A stretch of 64,000 nucleotides of DNA, taken from positions 208,748 through 272,747 of the forward strand of contig OY970175.1 of the NCBI GenBank assembly GCA_963707865.1, written 5' to 3'. The notes beneath the pieces are model-generated. The model saw only the letters and a list, made by a program, of their open reading frames with translations, ran no database searches and had not been told where the DNA came from. This DNA is from an uncultured bacterium. GTDB taxonomy: Bacteria; Patescibacteriota; Minisyncoccia; UBA6257; 2-01-FULL-56-20. The translations under genes and the position numbers were made by a program. Shown one piece after another: positions 35,201-42,357 of this stretch (position 1 is its first letter; each line of letters starts with the position of its first letter).

Positions 35201-35454
35201 GGACGTTCTTTCTTGATTATTTTTTCCACGAAATAATCCGTGACTGGCAGGAAATAAATTTTGTCCGCGAGGAGCGGCGAGGTCTGGATCGTCGCAATGT
35301 TGGGATTCACGAGCACGGTCACAAGCCCCGCTTCCTTGAATGCTTTCATTGCCTGTGAGCCGGAGTAGTCAAATTCGCCCGCTTCGCCGATCTTGAGCGC
35401 GCCGGAGCCGAGTACCAGGACCTTCTTGATTTTCTTCTGATTTGTGCGCGCCAT
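32221..35454 (-). CDS. carB: Carbamoyl-phosphate synthase large subunit
   Basis: Two ATP-grasp repeats, 'VLVLGSGALKIGEAGEFDYSGSQA', MGS-like C-terminus; start at 'MARTNQKK'. Confidence 0.95.
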   Translation of the reverse strand: MARTNQKKIKKVLVLGSGALKIGEAGEFDYSGSQAMKAFKEAGLVTVLVNPNIATIQTSPLLADKIYFLPVTDYFVEKIIKKERPQGIALAFGGQTALNCGVRLGERGILKKYGIEVLGSPLKSIILTEDRKKFADHLKRINIPVPPSGAATSIREAENIAKAVGFPVMVRAAFALGGQKSGVAKNSRELRTIVSGALALSPQVLVEKYLHHYKEIEYEVVRDKYDNCVTVCNMENMDPLGIHTGDSIVIAPSQTLTNTEYHELRAASIKIVKSLGIVGECNVQFALNPKPKNGSLDYYVIEVNARLSRSSALASKATGYPLAYVAAKLALGHALHNIPNQITKVTQSFFEPALDYVVVKIPRWDISKFARAEETITSAMKSVGEVMAIGRTFEEAIQKAVRMLHLHLQGVTDEVPGEASVPLVRRLKIPTPHRLFAIAAGLRAGISPKTIYQLTGIDPWFLYRIQNIVRTEKEIKGGGLTKDKLLRAKQFGFSDSRIGHLRGAAEMQIRAVRKRFRVVPSVFQIDTLAGEVPARTNYLYLTYNGFHNDVAPLGKKSVMVLGSGPYHIGSSVEFDWSAVHTALALKKHDKRAVIVNCNPETVSTDYDISDRLYFENVSLESVADIYEFERAAGVVVSVGGQAPNNIVQKLSALHVPIMGTNPHDIDRAEDRSKFSALLDSLKIAQPEWDTFTTVKAAAHFAEKVGYPVLVRPSYVLSGSAMRVCADAAELKQFVERAILLNHDHPVTISKFILGAKEIEFDAVAQNGIIKVSAIAEHIENAGVHSGDATIVYPPQKVYAKTANEIQTVSVKLARALRITGPFNLQCLVKDNKVYVIELNARASRTFPFISKASGVNFADMIVDAFYGHARSITLHYPKYAVVKSPQFSFGRLPGSDPVLHVEMASTGEVACFGRDLEEALLTSVAASMPLSEAESAFVSLGGGSNKREFLESAKALATNGFTLYATQGTTEFLNHRGIRATRIYKVSEGKSPNALALIQKKKIAFVVNVSNHENHSKESRLRRTDGYLIRRAAVDTNIPLFTDLQLARAFVRARVTYGLRDIAIRSWQEYLGTRKQK

Positions 35455-35461
35455 GTTTTGG

Positions 35462-36511
35462 TTATCGTTGGCGGACATGTTCCAGGAAGTAATCAAAAAT
35501 CCAGCCCGTATCCAATGGACCCGGGCTTGCTTCTGGATGAAACTGTACGGACATAAAGGGCAAGCGCTCGTGGATCAGGCCCTCGTTTGTGCGGTCGTTC
35601 GCGTTCACGAACCACGGGCGGAAGCCGCGCGGGATCCTTTTCACGGCAAAGCCATGATTCTGGGTCGTGAGATACGAGCGGTTGGTGCCCACAAGCCGGC
35701 ATGGCTGGTTCTGGCCCCGGTGCCCGAACTTGAGCTTGTAGGTGGTACCGCCGGCGGCGAGTGCCAAGATTTGGTTGCCGAGGCAGATGCCCAGCATCGG
35801 CACTTTTCGGAGAAGCGCCTCGTGGACGTTCGCGATAGTGGCGCGGGCCATCATAGGATCGCCCGGGCCGTTTGAGATCACAATAGCGTCAAAGGCGGGC
35901 GCACCCTTTTTAAAGATCGGATAATTCCACGGCACGGTCGTAACCCGCACGCCGCGCGCGAGCAGATTGCGACGGATATTTTCCTTCGCGCCGCAATCAA
36001 CGAGCGCAATCGTTCGTTTGCCATTGCCTTCACGAAGGACTGTCTTTATAGAAACCTCGTTCACGAGGTTCCGCCGATTTGGATCCTCAAACGGAACGTT
36101 TTTTCCGTCGATCAAAATTTTCCCGATCATCGCGCCTTCTCCCCGTAACTTTTCTGCAAGCGCACGAGTGTCTTTTATCTCAAGCGCGGGCACCCCCTCG
36201 CGCCGAAGCCATTCGCCCAAGGTCATCATGCTTGTGGGATGCGACGGCGTATCAACATACTGTGATACTACGACGCCCGCCACCTGAACCCTTTTCGATT
36301 CCCAGTGTGTTTTGTCCGGCACACCGTAGTTTCCAAGCAGGGGATAGGTGAAAATAAGAATCTGACCCGCATAGGACGGGTCAGTGAGCGATTCCGGATA
36401 TCCGACCATGCCGGTCGTAAAAACAATTTCACCGGCAATGGAAATGGGCTTGCCGAAACTTGCCCCCTCAAAAACTATGCCGTCTTTGAAAACGAGTTTT
36501 CCGCGCTTCAT
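35462..36511 (-). CDS. carA: Carbamoyl-phosphate synthase small (glutaminase) subunit
   Basis: Class I GATase 'GICLGNQILA', 'FHPE'. Confidence 0.9.
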   Translation of the reverse strand: MKRGKLVFKDGIVFEGASFGKPISIAGEIVFTTGMVGYPESLTDPSYAGQILIFTYPLLGNYGVPDKTHWESKRVQVAGVVVSQYVDTPSHPTSMMTLGEWLRREGVPALEIKDTRALAEKLRGEGAMIGKILIDGKNVPFEDPNRRNLVNEVSIKTVLREGNGKRTIALVDCGAKENIRRNLLARGVRVTTVPWNYPIFKKGAPAFDAIVISNGPGDPMMARATIANVHEALLRKVPMLGICLGNQILALAAGGTTYKLKFGHRGQNQPCRLVGTNRSYLTTQNHGFAVKRIPRGFRPWFVNANDRTNEGLIHERLPFMSVQFHPEASPGPLDTGWIFDYFLEHVRQR

Positions 36512-36627
36512 ATAAATGGGCCATCAGCCCGTTCGTACTATTGTAGCAAATGGAGCTAAGCGCCGCTATGCCGGGGGCGTTGCCGGAGCGTTGAAACGCC
36601 TGCAGTGCGCACAAGCGGCAGTCGCTA

Positions 36628-37677
36628 TCATGACGCAACGTATTTCCCTTCGCGCGCAAGAGCCGTTTCCCGTATCCGTGCCGCAAATATTTTCTGGGCT
36701 TTTTCCTTGTCGGTGTCTTTGCCCACCCATGCGTCCATTGCGGGATCCTGCAAGACGCGGCTGTAGGAAAAAGAAAGTTGCCATGGATATTCTCCCGTCT
36801 TTGCCATTGCATTCAGAACAATCGCATTCAAATTCTCGGTTGCTTCGCGAGGGGATTGGCCTCCCGAGAGGAAGACAATGCCGGGAACTTCGGCCGGTAC
36901 CGAGGCCTTGAACGCGCGAAGTGTGGCATCCGCTACTTCCTGCGGCGTCGCGTGTACAGCCGATTCTTTCCCCGGGAGCGCCATACTGCTTTTTAGGATC
37001 ATGCCCTGGAGGGAGACGCGATACTTTTTGAGTGCGGCAAAGACCGTCGTGAGCGTTCGTACGATGGTCGCTTCGGATTGGGCGAGGGTGTGGACGCCCT
37101 CAATCAACACTTCTGGCTCCACGATGGGCACGAGCCCCGCTTCCTCCGAAAGCGCGGCATATTGCGCGACGAGATACGCATTCGCTTCAAGGCATTCTGC
37201 GGTGGGAATTCCATTCCCGATCTTTATAACTGCGCGCCACTTCGTGAACCGCGCACCCATTGCCGTGTATTCCTGAAGCCGCTCTGCAAGTCCCTCCAAC
37301 CCCTCCGTCACTTTCTCTTCGGGAGAGTTTGGAAGCGTGACCATCCCTTTGTCCACCTTGATCCCGACCGCGATGCCGCGCTTCGCGAGAACCTCGCGCA
37401 AGGGAGTGCCATCAGAAGCGTTTTGCCGGATGGTTTCGTCGTAGAGAATTACGCCGCCAAGGCCCTTCTCAATTTCCGGCGCGGTAAAGAGAAGTTCGCG
37501 CCATCGCCGCCGCATTTCTTCGTTTTGCGGGATGTTGCGCGCGGCAAGGCGCTTGTCGGCAGTGCCCGTACTCTCGTCCGCCGCAAGGATGCCTTTCCCT
37601 GGCGCAAGGAGGTGCGACACGGTTTCTTGAAGTGAGCGGGTGTCCATGTACTCAAGTATATCAAAGATAGCCCTCAA
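36628..37677 (-). CDS. fba: Fructose-bisphosphate aldolase, class I
   Basis: 'GKGILAADESTGT', 'IVLEP...' class I FBA pattern; start may be 37647 (MDTRSL). Confidence 0.85.
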   Translation of the reverse strand: MRAIFDILEYMDTRSLQETVSHLLAPGKGILAADESTGTADKRLAARNIPQNEEMRRRWRELLFTAPEIEKGLGGVILYDETIRQNASDGTPLREVLAKRGIAVGIKVDKGMVTLPNSPEEKVTEGLEGLAERLQEYTAMGARFTKWRAVIKIGNGIPTAECLEANAYLVAQYAALSEEAGLVPIVEPEVLIEGVHTLAQSEATIVRTLTTVFAALKKYRVSLQGMILKSSMALPGKESAVHATPQEVADATLRAFKASVPAEVPGIVFLSGGQSPREATENLNAIVLNAMAKTGEYPWQLSFSYSRVLQDPAMDAWVGKDTDKEKAQKIFAARIRETALAREGKYVAS

Positions 37678-37796
37678 AGAAATCAGCCGCTCATCGCCGC
37701 TACCATCGCTGCTACCTAGCTTTATTTAGCGCTGTGTCGAACCATGCGGCCGCCCCCTTGCCCTCCGACGCATTGACCCTCCTCAAATTTTTTGTC

Positions 37797-37830
37797 TTGA
37801 CTTGAGTAAACCGGCGGTGAGACGTATAAT
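37797..37830 (+). promoter_or_regulatory. Candidate promoter of cold-shock gene (TTGACT ... TATAAT), long 5' UTR
   Basis: TTGACT 37797..37802 and TATAAT 37825..37830 but spacer 22 nt (non-optimal); ~170-nt leader before csp ATG. Confidence 0.3.
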
Positions 37831-37998
37831 GAAAATGATAAAGAAATGAGAGGCGGCAAAAAAACAAAAATCAAGCGCAATCGGAAAGCGCGGCCAAAGT
37901 TTAATAGTCGGATTGTTTTCCCATCAGAAAGAAGGAGATGATACAGGAACTAAGAGATCTAGTCGAATTTCTAGTGTAGAAAACAAAATAACAAAAAC

Positions 37999-38196
37999 AT
38001 GAAAGGAACTATCAAAAGACTTACGGAGAAGGGGTTCGGATTTATTGCTCGCGAAGGCGAGACAAAAGACCTCTTCTTTCACTCGAACGAGTTGAGGGGC
38101 GTTACCTTCGATGAACTTAAGGTTGGCGATGCCGTCACCTTCGAGGTCGCCCAGAGCGACAAGGGCCCGAACGCCACGAACGTTACGCGCGCATAA
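37999..38196 (+). CDS. cspA: Cold-shock protein (CspA family)
   Basis: 'KGFGFI' RNP1 and 'DLFFH' RNP2-like motifs; 65 aa. Confidence 0.9.
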   Translation: MKGTIKRLTEKGFGFIAREGETKDLFFHSNELRGVTFDELKVGDAVTFEVAQSDKGPNATNVTRA

Positions 38197-38235
38197 CGCA
38201 TTGGTTTTACAAAAGACCGCCGCAGAGAACCGGCG

Positions 38236-38263
38236 GTTTTTTTAGTATCCGCAATTAAGTGGT
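38236..38263. terminator. Rho-independent terminator (ACCGCCG-loop-CGGCGGT + T6)
   Basis: Perfect 7-bp GC stem followed by TTTTTT, 40 nt after csp stop. Confidence 0.65.
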
Positions 38264-38274
38264 AGCATTAGGAC

Positions 38275-38546
38275 CTCCGTCCTCGTTCCGTTCAGTGGCC
38301 GATCTTATTCTTCCAATCAACTCTTCGGTTGAGGTGCTAGGATCGTATTCCACATTCAGATCCTCGGCGATGGACCTTAACTTCTCCAATGCTCCCGGGC
38401 TGCCGTTCGTCGCGAGGGATTGAAGATATTCAAAATCAGGCTGGCCGTGCTCGTTGAGCTAGTCTTCCCTTTCTTCAACCGCTCCCTCGCTCGATGCGTT
38501 AGCCTTATCCGTAAAATCCTTGTTATAACCGTCGCTTTGTGCCATA
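38275..38546 (-). pseudogene. Small Rho_N/SAP-like domain protein gene with an in-frame TAG (38460..38462) after codon 28
   Basis: 'MAQSDGYNKDFTDKANASSEGAVEERED*LNEHGQPDFEYLQSLATNGSPGALEKLRSIAEDLNVEYDPSTSTEELIGRIRSA...' is one frame that continues 68 codons past the amber stop. Confidence 0.35.
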
Positions 38547-38877
38547 GAGCTCAATTATACCCCTTTCGATAATAAAAGAATCTCTTGCCCCCATATGCAC
38601 TTATCCTACCAGAGTTGGCTGTGTGACCCAGTTGCGGAACGCCCAGATGTCAACCTTTGAGGGATTCTTTGAGGGTCGGGTTTGGAAATTTTTTGACCCG
38701 TCCCAGTTAAAGGCATTTCGGGCAATAATTGGATAAAGAGCGGAATTGAGAGATAGGCAAGAACCACAAGGTAAAGGAGCCAGATCGGAGAATCCTGATG
38801 AGATACTTTGAGATATAAAATAAGGGGTCGATTTACCGCCACGTTGACATAATAGGGGGAGGGAGTATTATGGGGAT

Positions 38878-39150
38878 ATGGATGCAAAGATAAAAAGGCG
38901 AAGCCTGCATCGCGCCAAAATCCTTGAGGGGCAGATGAAGGGGCTTACCAAGACCATTGAAAGCGAGAAATACTGCGTTGACCTCTTGCTGCAATCGCTC
39001 TCTATCCAGCAATCGTTGAAAAGCCTCAGCGGCTTGCTTCTTGAGAACCACATTCGAACGCATGTGAAACATCAGCTCCGCAATCCGAAACAAGAAGACA
39101 AAGCGGTCGCGGAGCTCCTTAAAATCTTCACCCTCTCAAATAAGTTATGA
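38878..39150 (+). CDS. csoR: CsoR/RcnR-family metal-sensing transcriptional repressor
   Basis: 'KYCVDLLLQ' and His residues in the DUF156 pattern; 90 aa. Confidence 0.7.
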   Translation: MDAKIKRRSLHRAKILEGQMKGLTKTIESEKYCVDLLLQSLSIQQSLKSLSGLLLENHIRTHVKHQLRNPKQEDKAVAELLKIFTLSNKL

Positions 39151-39563
39151 ACAAGGTCGCCGTTCAAATAATGTTCCCAATCATCATCATGGCCGTCGTC
39201 GCGACGGCGATCTTCGGCTTCTCGGTGATGAGCGAGCCGGGGCACATGATGGCAGGATGTTTCGGGTCTGTGCCCGGCGGGAGCTGCTCGATGCTTTCCC
39301 CGATCGAACATTTCGCGGCGCACCTCCATGCGTTTCAGAGCATCTCCACGGCGGTGGTTCAGGCATCTTCGCTGCTTGCTGCTCTTCTCCTTCTCACGCT
39401 TGCGGCGCTTTTCTTGGCCATCAAACAGATCGCCGATCCGCAAAGAGATTTCGCCGTGCGACAGAGGGATGATTTCATATCGCCCCAACACCTTCAGCTT
39501 GTGCGATGGATCGCGCTTCATGAAAAGAGTGACCCGTCCTTTGCCCGTGCCATGAATAGTTAG
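39147..39563 (+). CDS. Membrane protein with Cys motifs (GCFGSVPGGSC), likely metal-related
   Basis: Two TM segments; overlaps csoR stop (ATGA). Confidence 0.5.
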   Translation: MNKVAVQIMFPIIIMAVVATAIFGFSVMSEPGHMMAGCFGSVPGGSCSMLSPIEHFAAHLHAFQSISTAVVQASSLLAALLLLTLAALFLAIKQIADPQRDFAVRQRDDFISPQHLQLVRWIALHEKSDPSFARAMNS

Positions 39564-39642
39564 CGAAAACCCTTCGCTTCTTGTTCATGGCATAAACCGC
39601 TCGCACGCGGTTTTTTCGTCCGTAAATTCATCACACAAAGCA

Positions 39643-40137
39643 ATGAATACAAAAACAATCATTATTATCGTCCTCATCGCCGTCGCCGTGCTCGGATTCA
39701 TGGTATGGGGATACGGCAGAATGGCCGGGCCGACGCAGGCCCAGCTCAGCGAAAAGAGCTCGCTTACCGCAGCCGAGACATTCCACGACTTTGGCACGAT
39801 CTCAATGGCGAACGGCAAGGTGGATCACATGTTCCAGATAACGAATCCGACTGGCGGGGACATCACGATCAACAACCTCCAGACATCGTGCATGTGCACG
39901 ACGGCCTACATCGTGGACGGCAGTTCTAAAGAAGGCCCGTTCGGCATGCCTGGCATGGGGGGCGCGACGGCAGCCAACGATGTCATTCCCGCCCACGGCA
40001 CGCAGAGCATTGACGTCGTCTTTGATCCTGCGGCCCACGGCCCCGCTGGCGTGGGAAACATTGATCGTTTTATCTATGCGACCGAAGAGAACGGCGGGAC
40101 GCTCCAACTTGAAATCAAAGCAGTCGTGACCCCATAG
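39643..40137 (+). CDS. DUF1573-like membrane-anchored protein
   Basis: N-terminal TM; 'FQITNPTGGDITINNLQTSCMCTTA' resembles DUF1573 consensus. Confidence 0.55.
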   Translation: MNTKTIIIIVLIAVAVLGFMVWGYGRMAGPTQAQLSEKSSLTAAETFHDFGTISMANGKVDHMFQITNPTGGDITINNLQTSCMCTTAYIVDGSSKEGPFGMPGMGGATAANDVIPAHGTQSIDVVFDPAAHGPAGVGNIDRFIYATEENGGTLQLEIKAVVTP

Positions 40138-40142
40138 CCCCC

Positions 40143-40922
40143 ATGAAACGATTTCTCATAACATTGGGGACTGTTGCCCTTGCGATCGCGGGCATCGTAT
40201 TCCTCCAGCACAGCCCGTTCGTCAGTTCGTTCCTTTGGAATGTGAGCAACAAGGGCTCGTGGCTTCTGCCGCTCGTTCTCGTGGCAGCGCTCCTCGACAG
40301 CGTACACCCGTGCTCGTTCTCGATCCTCCTCATCACGATTGCGTTCCTCTTCGGGATGCAGATGGAACGGAAGAAAATCCTACAGATCGGCGGCGTCTAC
40401 ATCGCGGGCATCTTCGCGGCATACTTCCTGATCGGCCTCGGCATCCTTCACGCGCTTGTGCTCTTCAACGTACCGCATTTCATGGGCAAGCTCGGCGCGG
40501 TGCTGCTCATTGCCTTCGGCTTGATTAATATCGTGAATGAGTTCTTTCCGCAGTTCCCGATAAAACTCCAACTGCCCGCCGCCGCGCATCGGAGCATGGC
40601 CAAGCTCATGAACCGGGCATCAGTTCTCGCGGCGTTCGGGTTGGGACTCCTTGTAGGCGCGTGCCAGTTCCCGTGCATGGGCGGGCCATACCTTATGGTC
40701 ATCGGACTCCTGCACGACAAAATGACCTACTTCGCCGGATTCGGATATCTTGCGCTTTATAACCTTATCCTCATCCTCCCGCTCATCGTCGTGCTCTGGA
40801 TCGCGTCGGACAAGATTGTCGTCCTCAAGGCGCAGGAATGGAAAAAGGAAAAAACAAAGGGCGTGAGATTGTGGGCCGGGATCATCATGATCATTCTCGG
40901 TTTCTTCATCTTCTGGCTCTAA
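40143..40922 (+). CDS. ccdA: CcdA/DsbD-family thiol-disulfide transmembrane protein
   Basis: Six TM helices; 'DSVHPCSFSIL' and second TM Cys 'GACQFPCMG'. Confidence 0.7.
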   Translation: MKRFLITLGTVALAIAGIVFLQHSPFVSSFLWNVSNKGSWLLPLVLVAALLDSVHPCSFSILLITIAFLFGMQMERKKILQIGGVYIAGIFAAYFLIGLGILHALVLFNVPHFMGKLGAVLLIAFGLINIVNEFFPQFPIKLQLPAAAHRSMAKLMNRASVLAAFGLGLLVGACQFPCMGGPYLMVIGLLHDKMTYFAGFGYLALYNLILILPLIVVLWIASDKIVVLKAQEWKKEKTKGVRLWAGIIMIILGFFIFWL

Positions 40923-40934
40923 CCAACAAAAACC

Positions 40935-41426
40935 ATGGATAAAAAACCAACATTAGAGGAGTTTCTCGGTAAGGTAGAATCCTTCAAAGAAAAGGCGGGC
41001 GTGGATCTTTCGACGACGGAAGACCTGAGCATCGCCGTCATGAACCTCGTGAGCTTAGAAGAGCATTTCTTCTTCACGGCTGCCAAAACCAAGAAGGACG
41101 AATACTTCGATACGGTCCAAGAGATTCGCGCGTTAAGAAAAGAGTTCCTTGCGCAGCTCATGCCGAATAACGAAGGCGAAACGTGGTGCATTGCAAAGCA
41201 TCTTTTGGCAGCGACGATGCGCCTTACCGAGGTCGGCAACAAACTGCAATCCGAAGGAGAAAAGAAAAAGGCAAAGCAGACTTTCGAGGGGGCATATAAA
41301 GTGTATTCGCTTTTCTGGGCGCTCAAGTTGAAGTTGATCAAAGGTCAAAATATAAAGGAGGCGGCAAAGAGCAGCTCAACGGTTGAGGATCTGGTGAACA
41401 AGCTCGCCGATTGCTGCGATGAATAA
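40935..41426 (+). CDS. Hypothetical protein (163 aa)
   Basis: ORF in operon context. Confidence 0.45.
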   Translation: MDKKPTLEEFLGKVESFKEKAGVDLSTTEDLSIAVMNLVSLEEHFFFTAAKTKKDEYFDTVQEIRALRKEFLAQLMPNNEGETWCIAKHLLAATMRLTEVGNKLQSEGEKKKAKQTFEGAYKVYSLFWALKLKLIKGQNIKEAAKSSSTVEDLVNKLADCCDE

Positions 41427-42357
41427 CATGGAAAACGAAAATCAGACGGAAATCAAAAGCAGCGGCAACGGCATCATTATCGGCAGCGCGATGATCGCCG
41501 CCGCGCTCCTTATCTTTTCCGGCGTCCAGCTGTATATCGCGAGGATCTCTCCGAGATCCGTAACGGCGGAAACTGCTGCCGTCCCGGCGAATCAAAACAT
41601 CAACGCGTTGCAGGAGGAAGTGATACCGGCGAATGGCATCGTCTTGCCCGTTACGTGGGGCGATCTCGGAAAACAGATGGTTCAAGCGGGAGTCATCGAT
41701 GAAGCGCAGTTCGCGGTGCTCTACGCGGAGCGGGGCGGACTACCGCAGGACATGAAAGCGCTGCTCGATTCGCCGAATAACGGGCAGATCACAATAACAT
41801 CGCAGAACTCCGGCATTCTCCTCAATCTCTTGTGGGCGTTGGGCCTCGGCAACAAGAACCCGATTCTTGAAAGCGGGCCGATGCAGAACCCGCAATACGG
41901 CGGCGCGGGGAACTTCGCCTCGACGGGCGGGTGGACGCTCGCTCAGGGCAAAGCGATGGCCCACTACGACGCGCACCAGTTCGTGACGCTCACGCCAAGC
42001 GAGCAGTCGCTCGTGGAAAGCGTCGCGAAGAACATCTACCGTCCGTGCTGCGGCAACTCGGTGTATTTCCCCGATTGTAACCACGGCATGGCGATGCTCG
42101 GCCTGCTTGAACTCATGGCTTCGCAGGGCGCGTCGGAGGACCAGATGTACGAAACCGCGCTCGCGGTGAACTCATATTGGTTCCCCGACAACTACCTGAC
42201 CATAGCGCAATACTTGCAGGGCAAAGGCATTGATTGGAAAACGGTAAATCCAAAAGACATTTTGGCAGCCAACTTCTCAAGCGCACAGGGATACTCGCAG
42301 ATCGTCGCGCAAACGCAGCCCGTGCAGAACAAATCGTCGGGCGGATGCGGGGTATAA
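41419..42357 (+). CDS. Membrane-anchored hypothetical protein with Cys motif (RPCCGNSVYFPDCNHG)
   Basis: N-terminal TM; stop overlaps start of P-type ATPase (TAATG). Confidence 0.5.
   Translation: MNNMENENQTEIKSSGNGIIIGSAMIAAALLIFSGVQLYIARISPRSVTAETAAVPANQNINALQEEVIPANGIVLPVTWGDLGKQMVQAGVIDEAQFAVLYAERGGLPQDMKALLDSPNNGQITITSQNSGILLNLLWALGLGNKNPILESGPMQNPQYGGAGNFASTGGWTLAQGKAMAHYDAHQFVTLTPSEQSLVESVAKNIYRPCCGNSVYFPDCNHGMAMLGLLELMASQGASEDQMYETALAVNSYWFPDNYLTIAQYLQGKGIDWKTVNPKDILAANFSSAQGYSQIVAQTQPVQNKSSGGCGV

Noticed and set aside
37797-37830. csp promoter assignment
   Set aside because: Kept only at low confidence. TTGACT and TATAAT are individually perfect but separated by 22 nt; the true -35 element may be different.
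38606-39093. Minus-strand ORFs 38606..38887 and 38833..39093 overlapping csoR
   Set aside because: They overlap a well-supported plus-strand regulator gene and have an odd composition; considered spurious.
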